Assembly: GCA_964383665.1 (NCBI GenBank)
Contig: CAYLHO010000003.1
Location: forward strand, 25,537-89,536
DNA from: an uncultured Lachnospiraceae bacterium
GTDB lineage: Bacteria; Bacillota; Clostridia; Christensenellales; UBA1242
Length of the DNA stretch: 64,000 bases
Direction: 5' to 3'
The stretch's first letter is position 1, and the number at the start of each line of letters is the position of its first letter. The position numbers were made by a program, and so were the translations under genes. Under the pieces are notes generated by a model. That model made no database searches. It was not told the DNA's origin and was given only the letters and a program-made list of their open reading frames with translations. This document shows positions 10,101-19,502 of the stretch, one piece after another.

Positions 10101-10562
10101 GTAACTTGCCGAAGCACTCCAATTTTGTACGTTCTCTTCGCTGTAAGTTCTTGTTCCGCCAATTGCTCTAAGGTCGTCTTCGTTTTTAATGTAATATGGA
10201 GCATCATTTGTTCCATCTCCAACTTTAACCTTAAAATTAAAAGGCCCGTAATTTTCATTTTCTGTTGTTATAAGAATTTCTGTTTCGCCTGAGGAAAGCG
10301 CAACAATTTTTCCTGTTTCAAGATCGAATGAAACAACATCTTCGTTGGTTAAAGAATAGGAAAGTTCTGTTTGTTTTTTCGTGTGGGAAATTTCCAAACT
10401 TGTTTCCTCTCCAACGTTAAGATAGATTTCATCAAGTCCTAATTCATCTGCCGATGGATAGTTTATTGTTATGCATTCATAGTTCTTAACCATGTAGTAA
10501 GTTGTTAATCCAATGAATAAACACCCAACGAGAACTGAAAAATAAACTGCTAATCTTTTCAT
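7167..10562 (-). CDS. Large membrane-anchored surface protein with an Ig-like domain and two GLUG-repeat regions
   Basis: N-terminal TM helix; GDGTNDAPYYI, FSGTFDGNGHKI and repeated GGIxGxNxG motifs. Confidence 0.8.
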   Translation of the reverse strand: MKRLAVYFSVLVGCLFIGLTTYYMVKNYECITINYPSADELGLDEIYLNVGEETSLEISHTKKQTELSYSLTNEDVVSFDLETGKIVALSSGETEILITTENENYGPFNFKVKVGDGTNDAPYYIKNEDDLRAIGGTRTYSEENVQNWSASASYKVLCDITLTKEWVPLCQDPNVPFTGKLEGNQHPFKISGMEITTNQEFAGFFTYISSLATVSNLTFVNPIIRGQFNFVGVVAAMSSGSTISKVEVQNGLIHAAPYSTTGSSSFCFIGGIVGAAEGVFAGYDGTTALADRGIVSMCTFQGEIGTLETAASIVEGKDLVLFEVGGITGYVLGTTVHNNKAEVTFDIEKSIADKSLHFIKGNKEKGIDSRGISIHIGGIAGGTAEADSLNKLDITDGSTVVATIYPFIKNNLAIVSINNKTNESKGIIGNLPLSVQYVDSFNGTPAAQRVIGNYFYSPNNTMTKGGSSFPNATTLITESELKKESTYMTDPSEKWSIGEALSAWSIVEGEAPRINELGMETATYFEQDTYKIESKEDFIEYYTKMTSSAISDIARRYWLRQNYVLNVDINLDGIENLEPIGGGKFTFSGTFDGNGHKITLPSSHVYQTREFAGFFGQLGTTAEVKNLTVENVSIKNVEYAGGIAAVNYGKITNCAIINVKIEDASYAGGIVSVNYGIISNTNGGINIDSNGSNINTISSNKEGGNVYAGSTAAINHGTISGIQVQNYFIITGKTIDSSSVVTGEETVKASAKIFGGIVGYNTGIVEGSSIIKLKIEDQSTCRAFFGGIVGINNGKIRRCSVGLEEGSSMGMIVASTANGSQIAGGIAGYITANGSVEQSLTNISIECNIAAGFAPYLIGSVSESYNLGTIKGNKVGGFAVYMAFTADGIGGAVENSYTKMKLEAAGEASELAGLALEIRHPAKIEKCYVACEFIGGTSYFESKTNTREGMVNWVTSWANKDNMLGTVNNVLINKNPSDGATTAKESKALIPYKGQTVKYLTNSEIKSTVGIKAFQDMDFNISASTGWTYEEGIAPYLTAIEGLNGIYQDQNNLNMIDVPEIETFTFDGSEKVAVEETDEYEIVSGDAKASAIGVYSVTLQLKDKKTSRWNSDLANNIDGTITITWEIKAGE

Positions 10563-10741
10563 TTTTATCTCCTTCGCTTGAAATTATATCGCAAAGTGGA
10601 AACTCTGTCAATACTAAAATCCCAAAATAACTTCGATTTTTAACGAAAAAACAGCCTCATTTTAAGCCAATTAATCGTTTGGAAAATAATAAAATTTGTT
10701 ATAAAATGATTCTATCAAAATATATAGAGGAGAAAAAGAAA

Positions 10742-11308
10742 GTGGACGAAGAAGTTAAAGAATATATTGGTGCATGTCAAGATGACATGGAAAAGGCAAT
10801 TTCCTATCTTAAAAATGAATATCAAGTTATTCGTGCGGGGCGCGCTAACCCACATATTTTAGACAAAGTTACCGTAGAATACTATGGAGTTCCAACTCCA
10901 ATCAATCAAATGGCAAACATTTCTGTTCCAGAGGCAAGAATGCTTATGATAAGCGTTTGGGATTCCTCTCAACTTACGAATGTTTCCAAAGCAATTTCCC
11001 AAGCAGACATTGGAATAACGCCAATTGACGACGGGAAAGTTATTCGCCTTGTTTTCCCAGCATTAACCGAGGAAAGACGCCGCGAAATTGTTAAGAATGT
11101 TAAATCGCTTTGCGAAAACGCAAAAATTTCAATTCGAAACGCAAGAAGAGATTGCCTTGACATTTTTAAGCAAATGAAAAAAGACTCATCTCTTTCTGAA
11201 GACGCTTACGACAACGCAGAAAAAGAAGTTCAAAAACTTGTTGAAAAATATAACGCGCTTGCCGACGAAGTTTGCGCTGCTAAAGAAAAAGAAACCATGG
11301 AAGTCTGA
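10742..11308 (+). CDS. frr: Ribosome recycling factor
   Basis: IRAGRANP, VEYYG, LTEERRREIVK, IRNARRD; GTG start behind GAGGAG. Confidence 0.96.
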   Translation: MDEEVKEYIGACQDDMEKAISYLKNEYQVIRAGRANPHILDKVTVEYYGVPTPINQMANISVPEARMLMISVWDSSQLTNVSKAISQADIGITPIDDGKVIRLVFPALTEERRREIVKNVKSLCENAKISIRNARRDCLDIFKQMKKDSSLSEDAYDNAEKEVQKLVEKYNALADEVCAAKEKETMEV

Positions 11309-11324
11309 TGAGAGAAATAAGGGA

Positions 11325-12017
11325 ATGAAAATATCAAATCCTCCATGTCACATTGGAATCATACTTGACGGAAACGGAAGGTGGGCAAAAAGGCGTCATC
11401 TTCCTCGTCTTATTGGGCATCAAGCAGGCGCAGATGCCGTTAAAAAACTTATTGTTGCCTCAAACAAACTTGGAATTAAGGTTGTTTCCGTTTATGCTTT
11501 TTCAACTGAAAACTGGAAAAGGTCGAAAGAGGAAGTTAACGGAATTTTTGAAATCATTGAAAGAACTTTAGATTTAAACTTTAACAAGTTTGTTGACGGG
11601 AATTACAAATTTCTTGTTATGGGCGACATGACGAAACTAAATTTAAGTCTTCAAACTAAACTTGAAAAACTTATTGCCGCAACAAAGAACAACACTGGTT
11701 TAATTTTTAATGTTGCGCTTAACTATGGAGGGCGTGCGGAAATTGTTCGCGCAGCCAACAAGCTTATTCAAAGCAGGAAAGAAACTGTTTCCGAGGAAGA
11801 TTTCGAGAAGGAACTTTACACGGCTTCTCTCCCTCCTCTCGATTTTGTTATTCGAACGGGCGGAGAACAGAGAATAAGCAATTTCATGCTTTGGCAAATT
11901 GCATATTCGGAATTTTATTTCCCAAAATATTTTTGGCCAAGTTTTAACGAACGCAAACTTAAAAAGTGTTGCAAAATTTTTGCAAAACGCGACAGGAGAT
12001 TTGGAAACGTTAAATAA
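11325..12017 (+). CDS. uppS: Undecaprenyl diphosphate synthase
   Basis: HIGIILDGNGRWA, FSTENWKR, IRTGGEQRISNFMLWQ. Confidence 0.96.
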   Translation: MKISNPPCHIGIILDGNGRWAKRRHLPRLIGHQAGADAVKKLIVASNKLGIKVVSVYAFSTENWKRSKEEVNGIFEIIERTLDLNFNKFVDGNYKFLVMGDMTKLNLSLQTKLEKLIAATKNNTGLIFNVALNYGGRAEIVRAANKLIQSRKETVSEEDFEKELYTASLPPLDFVIRTGGEQRISNFMLWQIAYSEFYFPKYFWPSFNERKLKKCCKIFAKRDRRFGNVK

Positions 12018-12029
12018 CAGGAGGAACAA

Positions 12030-12983
12030 ATGAAAAAAAGGGTTATTGTTGCTGCAATTTTAATTGCAATTCTTGGCGGTGCTTTTGCACTTAGGCTAAT
12101 TAACAACTATGGTGTTTACTTTTTTGATTTAATTATTGCAACTCTTTGTGTCCTTTGCGCGCTTGAGTTCTCAAAACTTATAAGTGCAAACGGAGTTCCA
12201 GCATGCCAAATTGCATCGGGGCTTTACCCTTCGTTTATGTTTGCTGGGCACATGCTCTATTTCATTTTCGACATTGAATCATATTTTTATGTTGTTATTC
12301 AACTTTCAATTTTGCTTGCAAGCCTGCTTTTAACTTTTGTTGTTTATCTTTTCCTTAACAACAAAGCAACAGTTGAAAAAAGGCAAGAAAGCAAGCTTGG
12401 AAAAATTGCATTTGCATCAAGAGTTTCAATTAAAACAGCTTTAACTTTTATCTATCCAAGCTGCTTCCTTCTTGGGCTTATGCTTCTTAACAGAATCGAC
12501 ATGTTTTCAAGCCCAAGCGTTGCGCTTTTTGAAGGGAACCTTGGTTGGATTGCTCTTATACTGACTTTCTTAATTCCAATTTTAACCGACACTTTTGCAA
12601 TGCTTTGCGGAATGGTTCTTAAAGGCCCAAAACTTTGCAAGAAAATAAGCCCAAACAAAACAATTTCAGGCGCTGTTTGCTCTCTTATTTTAACAAGTCT
12701 TGTTTCAGGTGCTTTCTTCTATATTTTCAATGCATTTGGCGTTTTGGCACATGGATTTAGTGAACTTGGAATTCAAGTTTGGCATTTTGTTATTCTTGGC
12801 TTGTGCGGTTCAATTGTTTGCCAACTTGGCGATCTTTTTGAATCGTTTGTTAAACGAAGAGCAAACGTTAAGGACAGCGGAAATCTTCTTCCAGGGCACG
12901 GCGGTTTTCTTGACCGCTTCGACAGCCACATTTTCAATGCCCCATTTGTTTTTGTCTTTTTTGTTTTAGCATTTATTATTTAA
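12030..12983 (+). CDS. cdsA: Phosphatidate cytidylyltransferase
   Basis: SPNKT, GDLFESFVKR, KDSGNLLPGHGGFLDRFDS. Confidence 0.95.
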   Translation: MKKRVIVAAILIAILGGAFALRLINNYGVYFFDLIIATLCVLCALEFSKLISANGVPACQIASGLYPSFMFAGHMLYFIFDIESYFYVVIQLSILLASLLLTFVVYLFLNNKATVEKRQESKLGKIAFASRVSIKTALTFIYPSCFLLGLMLLNRIDMFSSPSVALFEGNLGWIALILTFLIPILTDTFAMLCGMVLKGPKLCKKISPNKTISGAVCSLILTSLVSGAFFYIFNAFGVLAHGFSELGIQVWHFVILGLCGSIVCQLGDLFESFVKRRANVKDSGNLLPGHGGFLDRFDSHIFNAPFVFVFFVLAFII

Positions 12984-12998
12984 TTTAAGGAGTTGAAC

Positions 12999-14147
12999 GT
13001 GAACTTAAACTTTCTATGTGCTTTTAATCCCATGATGATTTTATATGTTGTTCTTGCGATTCTTGTTTTTTTGCTTATGATCATGATCCACGAACTTGGA
13101 CATTACACCGCGGGAAAAATTTTAAAGTTTAAAATTAATGAATTTTCAATTGGCTTTGGAAAAGCAATTTTTTCGCGAACAAACAAAAAAGGAGAAAAGT
13201 TTTCGATAAGACTTTTCCCTCTTGGCGGATTTTGCTCTTTTGAAGGCGAAAACGGCGAAGGAGCAGAAAAAAATCCCGATGCTTTCACAAATCAAAAACC
13301 TTGGAAAAGAATGATTGTTCTTTTTATGGGTGCTTTTTTCAATTTCCTTTCCGCAATTATTTTTTCCTTTATTTTGCTTGTTTGCTTTGGGTTCGACATA
13401 TATCAAGTTTCAAACGATCCTTCAATTTATAATTCAAATCTTCAAACGGGCGATGTCATCTACTATGTTAACGGCGAAAAAGTTTGCTTTGCAACAAACG
13501 GAACAGTCACTGCTCTTTTAAACAAACAAGAGGTTAACAAGGATTTCACTGTTACTGTTAAACGATTCAATGAAGAAACAAACACTTATGCATTTTTGGA
13601 CGTAACAATCCAAAGAAAACAACTTTTTGCAGAAGGCGTTGATCCATCAACTTTAACCCCAGAACAACTTGCCGAAACAACAAATGGTGCAATCTATGCG
13701 CTTGACAGCGAAGGCAATCCAATCTACACAATTGGAGCAAATCTTAAATTATATCCTCGACCATTCCTTGAAGCAATTGGTGAGGCAGTTATTTTGGCTG
13801 TTATGATGGCATGGGCAGTTTTGAAATCGCTGTGGATGCTTATAACCTTCCAACTAACAACGAAAGACGTTGGCGGTCCAATTACAACAATAAGCATGAT
13901 TGCAACAAGCGCGTCAACCTCAATTGTTAACCTGTTTGTTTTAATTCCGTTAATTTCCGCAAACCTTGCAATGTTTAACCTTATTCCGTTCCCTGCCTTG
14001 GACGGGGCTCAAATTGTTTTCACGGGAATTGAATGGATAAGAAAAAAACCTATAAAACCGAAGGTTCAAGGAATAATAAACATGTGCGGGCTAATATTCC
14101 TGCTGGGGCTTGTTGTTGTTTTGGACATTCTGCATTTCGTGCTTTAA
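12999..14147 (+). CDS. rseP: Site-2 (M50) intramembrane metalloprotease
   Basis: HELGH and NLIPFPALDG motifs; PDZ-like insert; GTG start behind AAGGAG (TTG at 12993 is an alternative). Confidence 0.93.
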   Translation: MNLNFLCAFNPMMILYVVLAILVFLLMIMIHELGHYTAGKILKFKINEFSIGFGKAIFSRTNKKGEKFSIRLFPLGGFCSFEGENGEGAEKNPDAFTNQKPWKRMIVLFMGAFFNFLSAIIFSFILLVCFGFDIYQVSNDPSIYNSNLQTGDVIYYVNGEKVCFATNGTVTALLNKQEVNKDFTVTVKRFNEETNTYAFLDVTIQRKQLFAEGVDPSTLTPEQLAETTNGAIYALDSEGNPIYTIGANLKLYPRPFLEAIGEAVILAVMMAWAVLKSLWMLITFQLTTKDVGGPITTISMIATSASTSIVNLFVLIPLISANLAMFNLIPFPALDGAQIVFTGIEWIRKKPIKPKVQGIINMCGLIFLLGLVVVLDILHFVL

Positions 14148-14161
14148 CAAAGGAGATTTAA

Positions 14162-14731
14162 TTGGAAAACAACATTGAAAAAAATCTACAAATTCAAGAG
14201 GGAAGAAAAACATATGTAACAAAACTTAAAACAAGGCTTGTTTTAGTTATTCCAATGTTTGTTCTTTCTGTTTTGTCAATTGTTATTGGTGTTTTATTCC
14301 TTCCAAAATCTTCTCAAAAAATTGATCTTTTTTTCTCTTTTAACTCAAGCAATGCTTCTGCTCAAATAAAACGGCAAGATTTAGGAGCAAAATCCTCAAA
14401 CAACATTTTACCGTTAACATTTTCCCCCGAATCTTCTTCCCCAAAGGTTGAAATTGATTCATGGTCGAACTCTGTTGAGTTTAACGAGAACCAAAACGAC
14501 ATAACAATAACAATTAGTGTTGTTAACACTGCCAATTGTCCAATTTGGTTTAAAGTTCAAAAGTTAAGCAATGAAGTTGACAACCTTAAAGTTGATTTTT
14601 CAAGCGAAGAAGCCATAACAATTGAAAGTTTAAAATCTGGAGCTATTTCCATAACGTTGTCTGCAATAAACAAAAATGTTCAAGTTAAAAACTCTCAACT
14701 TAAATTTCAGATACTTTTAGGAAAAGTGTAA
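14162..14731 (+). CDS. Hypothetical single-TM protein with a beta-rich extracellular domain
   Basis: AAGGAG RBS, one hydrophobic helix, terminator-like hairpin at about 14731-14756. Confidence 0.65.
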   Translation: MENNIEKNLQIQEGRKTYVTKLKTRLVLVIPMFVLSVLSIVIGVLFLPKSSQKIDLFFSFNSSNASAQIKRQDLGAKSSNNILPLTFSPESSSPKVEIDSWSNSVEFNENQNDITITISVVNTANCPIWFKVQKLSNEVDNLKVDFSSEEAITIESLKSGAISITLSAINKNVQVKNSQLKFQILLGKV

Positions 14732-14801
14732 AAACTGCGAAAAGCAGTTTTTTTATTGCAAAAATCTTGTTTTAAAATGAAAATTATTGTAAAATTTAAG
14801 C

Positions 14802-16313
14802 ATGGATTGGCTTGTTTCAAAAATCAACAGCGAGTTTAATAATAGATTTAGCTTTATAAAGTTATTTAATGTGACGCTTAATAAAAAACAAAAAACGTGT
14901 TACATAACTTTATTATATCCAGAAAGCAAAAACATTTCCGACGACGAGAAGGAATTGATTGACGCCTATGTTAAGAAAATTCTTAACTTAAATTCGAAAG
15001 TTTTTGTTAAATTTAAAAAGAGTTATCTTGACAACAATTTAATTTTGAAAGCACTTTTTGACTTTTTCGAAAAATCTTTCCCATCGGTTGTTCCTTTCAT
15101 AAGCAAAGATAATGCAAAAGTTGAAAAGGACTTCTCTCAAACAAACGTGACAATAACAATTGACAAAGGTTTCTTGGAGTTTTTTAATGAGAACGATTTA
15201 AAATCCGCCTCAAAAAAAGAAATGGAAAAGCAATTTTGCACGGAGTTTTTCTTAAACATCGAGCAAGGCGAAGTTGCAAAAGATGTTGAACTTAAGCCAA
15301 TTCAGCACGTCAAAAAATCTGTTCCGCGCTTTCAAGTTGAACAATTCAGAAATCTTTTTGGTGGAGAAATATCCCCCAACCCAGAATTTATCAAGAACAT
15401 AAAAACAGCAAAAGCATCTGTTATTCTTGCGGGAAAAATTGAAAATTTTGAAGAGAAAAGTTATGAGGCCAAGAAAGGCAAAATGAAAGGTCAGATGAAA
15501 AATTATTTTGCTTTTGTTCTTAACGACACAACGGCAAGAATTGATGTTCGCTATTTCACAACAATTGCTAATGAAAAAAAATTCGCTCAACTTCTTTCGG
15601 GCGATGAAGTTTTGATTATGGGCGATGTTGAGGAATTTAACAAAAAATTAACTCTTTATGTTAAATCGATTTCAAGATGCAAGCTCCCAGAAAAAATTGA
15701 ACTTAAACAAAACTTTTCAATGGAATTTGAAACAGATTGCGTAAGCCCATATTCTCTTGCAAGTCAGGATAACCTTTTTAAACCGGAGGTCGTCTATAAT
15801 CCGTTCATCGAACGCGGGTCTTTTGTTGTTTTCGACACTGAAACAACAGGTCTTGACTATGAGCACGATGAACTTTTGGAAATTGGCGCGGTTAAAATTG
15901 AAAAAGGAATTATTGTTTCAAAATTTTCAATGTTAATTAAACCTCGAAATCCAATTCCTGCCTCGGCAACAGAAATTAACAACATAACAAACGAAATGGT
16001 TTCAGAAAGTCCAAGCGCAGATGTTGTTGTTCGCGATTTCTTTCGCTATTGCAAGGGAAGCGCGCTTGTTGGATATAATGTTTCGTTTGACCAAAAGTTC
16101 GTTCTTCAAGAGGCAAAAAAACAAGGGCTTGTTTTTGAAAACGAATTTGTTGACGTTATGCCGCTTGCAAAAAGTAAACTGCGTTTAACGCGTTACCGTC
16201 TTGGCGATGTTGTTAAAGCGCTGGGGATAACTCTCGACGGAGCCCACAGAGCCTATGCCGACGCTCTTGCAACCGCTGAAGCATTTTTAAAACTTAATTC
16301 AAATGAAATATAA
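14802..16313 (+). CDS. PolC-derived protein: PolC N-terminal region, OB fold and DEDDh 3'-5' exonuclease; no PHP or polymerase domain
   Basis: FVVFDTETTG, YNVSFD and HRAYAD exonuclease motifs; OB-like FVLNDTT...VLIMGDV; located at the polC position after rseP; stop codon and terminator follow the exonuclease. Confidence 0.8.
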   Translation: MDWLVSKINSEFNNRFSFIKLFNVTLNKKQKTCYITLLYPESKNISDDEKELIDAYVKKILNLNSKVFVKFKKSYLDNNLILKALFDFFEKSFPSVVPFISKDNAKVEKDFSQTNVTITIDKGFLEFFNENDLKSASKKEMEKQFCTEFFLNIEQGEVAKDVELKPIQHVKKSVPRFQVEQFRNLFGGEISPNPEFIKNIKTAKASVILAGKIENFEEKSYEAKKGKMKGQMKNYFAFVLNDTTARIDVRYFTTIANEKKFAQLLSGDEVLIMGDVEEFNKKLTLYVKSISRCKLPEKIELKQNFSMEFETDCVSPYSLASQDNLFKPEVVYNPFIERGSFVVFDTETTGLDYEHDELLEIGAVKIEKGIIVSKFSMLIKPRNPIPASATEINNITNEMVSESPSADVVVRDFFRYCKGSALVGYNVSFDQKFVLQEAKKQGLVFENEFVDVMPLAKSKLRLTRYRLGDVVKALGITLDGAHRAYADALATAEAFLKLNSNEI

Positions 16314-16337
16314 AAAAACGCCAATTGGCGTTTTTTT
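16312..16337. terminator. Bidirectional terminator
   Basis: AAAAAACGCCAATTGGCGTTTTTT. Confidence 0.7.
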
Positions 16338-17868
16338 AATCTAAATCAACTTTGTATTGTTCAAAATAAACAATTTTTTCTTGAGATGCAAATGGTTCAA
16401 CAATTTCTCTGTTTTGCTCCTTAAGCTCTTCCTCGGAAACATGGAGTTCTTTTGCAACGTCCCAGAAGGTTTTTCCTTCTTCGGCGAAGTAAATTTCAAT
16501 TGCGCTGTCGCGCTCGGCATATTTCTCGCCTGAAACAATTTCGCTTACAACTGCATTTTCCTTGTCCTTAAGAAGCCAAACTTGAGTTCTGATTTTTCCG
16601 TCGATATAAATATCTCTTCCGCGTTTTGCCGTTGCATCAATTTCAACAATTTGGCTGTTTGTTCTAACTCTAAAATTTTCATCGTCCCCAATTTTTTCTT
16701 TGAAGGAATATGGAATTTCAACCGAAACAGAGTTAACATTTTCTTCTTCATCATTAAGATAGATTATGTTAAGATGAACAACTCCTTCGCTTTGAAGTTC
16801 TCCATTTTGATAAACTTCACTTTGTGTTGTTAAATATGCGCCATCAACCGCCAAAACTTTGTCGATTCGAAGAGTTTCCTCATCGAGGGTTATATTTCCG
16901 TCAATTTTATTGTCGAAAACATCGGTTTTAACAAGTTCGGTTGAAATGAACGCCTCCGTTGTTAAGTTGATTTCTTTTTCCGTTGAATAGGCGTCGTCGC
17001 AAACAATTATCCCATTCATTTCAAAAAGGTCATAACAAATTTTAACTGGAACATCAATTTCAACTGTTTTATTTTCTGCGTTTATGCTTTCCTCAATATC
17101 TTTTGAAAGAGTTGCTGCATAGCCCTGAACCGTTTTTTCTCTTGTTGCATTATCATCTTCAACTTCCTCGCGAAACATGTCTTTGTTAACAAGCGAAACC
17201 AAAAGCGGGCGATCATCTTCGGTTAAATATAAAAGTTTTGTTATTGTTTCGCCTTCAAAAACGATTATGCCATCAAGAGGTTCTGCCTTGTTAACAACAG
17301 CCGAGCTTGAAACATTAAGGATTTTCCCAACAGGAAGTTTTGTTTCAAAAATTGAGTTTTGAACAAAGTTATGGCAGTTTCTTTTTTCGTGCTTAAGAAG
17401 TTCAATTTGAGACTCTTTAACATAAATTGTTTCATCATAGTTTGAACATAAATTGATTTCTTGGTTTTTAACAACAGAGAATGAATTTTCAAGAGAAATT
17501 TTAACACGGATTGAATTTCCTGTTCCTTTCTCAATTGAAACATCTAAAACATTTGGAATTATACGAACAAGAGAAGAAGGGTCGAAAGCAAGGTTTTCAA
17601 ACTTTCCCGAAAATTCTTGACAAGATTTGTTGTTCGAAATTGTTCCGTCATCAAGAGAATAGACAATGTTTAAACATGCCTCGCCTGAAAACGAAACCTC
17701 ACCCAAAAGAACTTCGAAATTTTCAATTGCAATGCTTGCACTTGCCGAAAGAACTTTTGAAACGTTTTCCTCCGGGAGCATGATTGAAAATTCAAGTTGT
17801 TCTCTTTTTGTTCCAATTTCTCTGTCCAAGGCTGATTCTGCTTTTGTTTGGCTTACGCTTTCTTCCAT
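16336..17868 (-). CDS. SipL-like spore coat morphogenetic protein (SPOCS/DUF3794 repeats and C-terminal LysM)
   Basis: Three acidic beta-rich repeats (GxxxxxIxY..IPY); degenerate LysM TFWDVAKELHVSEEEL; sigmaE-like TCATATT box at about 17920-17926. Confidence 0.75.
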   Translation of the reverse strand: MEESVSQTKAESALDREIGTKREQLEFSIMLPEENVSKVLSASASIAIENFEVLLGEVSFSGEACLNIVYSLDDGTISNNKSCQEFSGKFENLAFDPSSLVRIIPNVLDVSIEKGTGNSIRVKISLENSFSVVKNQEINLCSNYDETIYVKESQIELLKHEKRNCHNFVQNSIFETKLPVGKILNVSSSAVVNKAEPLDGIIVFEGETITKLLYLTEDDRPLLVSLVNKDMFREEVEDDNATREKTVQGYAATLSKDIEESINAENKTVEIDVPVKICYDLFEMNGIIVCDDAYSTEKEINLTTEAFISTELVKTDVFDNKIDGNITLDEETLRIDKVLAVDGAYLTTQSEVYQNGELQSEGVVHLNIIYLNDEEENVNSVSVEIPYSFKEKIGDDENFRVRTNSQIVEIDATAKRGRDIYIDGKIRTQVWLLKDKENAVVSEIVSGEKYAERDSAIEIYFAEEGKTFWDVAKELHVSEEELKEQNREIVEPFASQEKIVYFEQYKVDLD

Positions 17869-17995
17869 ATCCTTTCCCTCCAAAATTAAGTTAATATAAT
17901 GAATGAAGGTCAATCAAAAAATATGACAACTTAAAACAAAAAAATTTTTATTCTTAATTTCTCCAGCGCTTAATAATATATATAAAGGAGAAATT

Positions 17996-18247
17996 ATGGA
18001 AAACAGAATAACATTAATTAATCAAGAAAATCTTTCGGTTTCCGGAATCAAAAAGGCACTTATCATTAGCGAAACCGCAATTGCAGTTGAGGTTGAGAAC
18101 TCTGTTCTTCAAATTGCCGGGAACAACATGGAGGTTAAAAAACTTGACGTTGAAAGCGGAAATCTTGAAGTTTTTGGGAAAATTTATAGTTTGAAGTTCA
18201 CAGGACAAAAAGAAAAATTTAATCTTTTCAAAAAAATATTTAAGTAA
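17996..18247 (+). CDS. yabP: Sporulation protein, YabP/YqfC family
   Basis: ITLINQENLSVSGI...LDVESGNLEVFGKI..F KKIFK pattern; first gene of yabP-yabQ-divIC. Confidence 0.85.
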   Translation: MENRITLINQENLSVSGIKKALIISETAIAVEVENSVLQIAGNNMEVKKLDVESGNLEVFGKIYSLKFTGQKEKFNLFKKIFK

Positions 18248-18258
18248 GAGAATTTGAT

Positions 18259-18642
18259 ATGTTATTGTTTGAAACTCTTTCTCAACCGCTTGTTTTTATT
18301 TTAACTCTTGCCGTTGGCTTTGGGTGCGGATTTCTTGTTGATGCAAAAAACTATGTTCACTTCCTTTGCAATAAAAATAAAATTGTTGGGCTAATTTTAG
18401 ATGTTTTCGTTTCTTTCTTATGCTCAATAATTTTTCTCATTTGCGTTCTTTCATTCAACTTTGGGGAATTTCGCTTCTATCTTGTTGTTGCATTTGTTTG
18501 CGGACTTTTATTCCAGCGATTTTCTTTGGGTTTAATAATTGCAAAAATTGCATTATGGTGTTATAATCAATTTAGGAATTTACTAAGGAAAATTACAGAT
18601 GGAAAAACTAAAAAAGCAAAACAAGAAAAAACTTTGGACTAA
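18259..18642 (+). CDS. yabQ: Spore cortex protein YabQ
   Basis: Three TM helices, NFGEFRFY motif, follows yabP. Confidence 0.8.
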   Translation: MLLFETLSQPLVFILTLAVGFGCGFLVDAKNYVHFLCNKNKIVGLILDVFVSFLCSIIFLICVLSFNFGEFRFYLVVAFVCGLLFQRFSLGLIIAKIALWCYNQFRNLLRKITDGKTKKAKQEKTLD

Positions 18643-18784
18643 AATTTTAATTTTGTTAGCTTTTGCGCTGATTTTAGCGCTTTTTTGCGTTGTTATTGCT
18701 CAAACTGTTAAAATTAACAGGTTAAACGGCGAACTTGAAAGAACGAATCAATCGTATGAATCAGAAAGCACGGAGAAAGTATGA
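18599..18784 (+). CDS. Short DivIC/FtsB-like bitopic protein
   Basis: Basic N-terminus, TM helix and short coiled coil; at the divIC position; internal TGnTATAAT at 18559-18567. Confidence 0.55.
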   Translation: MEKLKKQNKKKLWTKILILLAFALILALFCVVIAQTVKINRLNGELERTNQSYESESTEKV

Positions 18785-19449
18785 AAGGAAAATTTATTGT
18801 TATTGAAGGAACAGACGGTTGCGGGAAGAAAACTCAAGCAAAACTTCTCTTTGAAAAACTTAAGGACAAAGGGGTTAATGTTTTGATTCAAAGTTTTCCA
18901 AACTACGATTCGCCTGCGTGTGCTCCGGTTAAAATGTATTTAAACGGGGATTTTGGTGATATAAATTGCCTTGATGCCTATCAAGCAAATTCGCTTTATG
19001 CTGTTGACCGACTTTGCACAATGATGACTCTTAAATCGCATATTGAAAACGGCGGGAGTATAATTTTCGACAGATATGTTGAATCAACAATGCTCCATCA
19101 AGCCGCTTTTATCGACGACGAACAAGAACGAGATAAGTTTTTGGATTATGTTAACGACTTCGAGTTTGGAAAGCTTAAACTTCCAAAACCCGATTTAGTT
19201 ATTTTTCTTGATGTTCCTGTTGAGGTGAGCAAAAAACTTGCTGATTCGCGCGGGGAATTTAAATCTGGAAACAAAAAAGATATCCTTGAACAGGATCTTT
19301 CACATTTAACAAAAGCATATAATGCGGGGAAATATGTTGCGAACAAATTTAACTGGGCACAAATCCCATGCATAAACGCAAGCGGAAATTTAAAATCAAT
19401 TGACGAAATTTCTGATGCTATTTATGAAGTTGCTGAAAAGTTATTTTAA
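18781..19449 (+). CDS. tmk: Thymidylate kinase
   Basis: FIVIEGTDGCGKKTQ P-loop, DRY, PDLVIFLDV. Confidence 0.92.
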   Translation: MKGKFIVIEGTDGCGKKTQAKLLFEKLKDKGVNVLIQSFPNYDSPACAPVKMYLNGDFGDINCLDAYQANSLYAVDRLCTMMTLKSHIENGGSIIFDRYVESTMLHQAAFIDDEQERDKFLDYVNDFEFGKLKLPKPDLVIFLDVPVEVSKKLADSRGEFKSGNKKDILEQDLSHLTKAYNAGKYVANKFNWAQIPCINASGNLKSIDEISDAIYEVAEKLF

Positions 19450-19502
19450 AATAAAAAATCGACCCTTTCTTTGGCCGATTTTTTTAGTTCTTTTTGCTCT
19501 TA

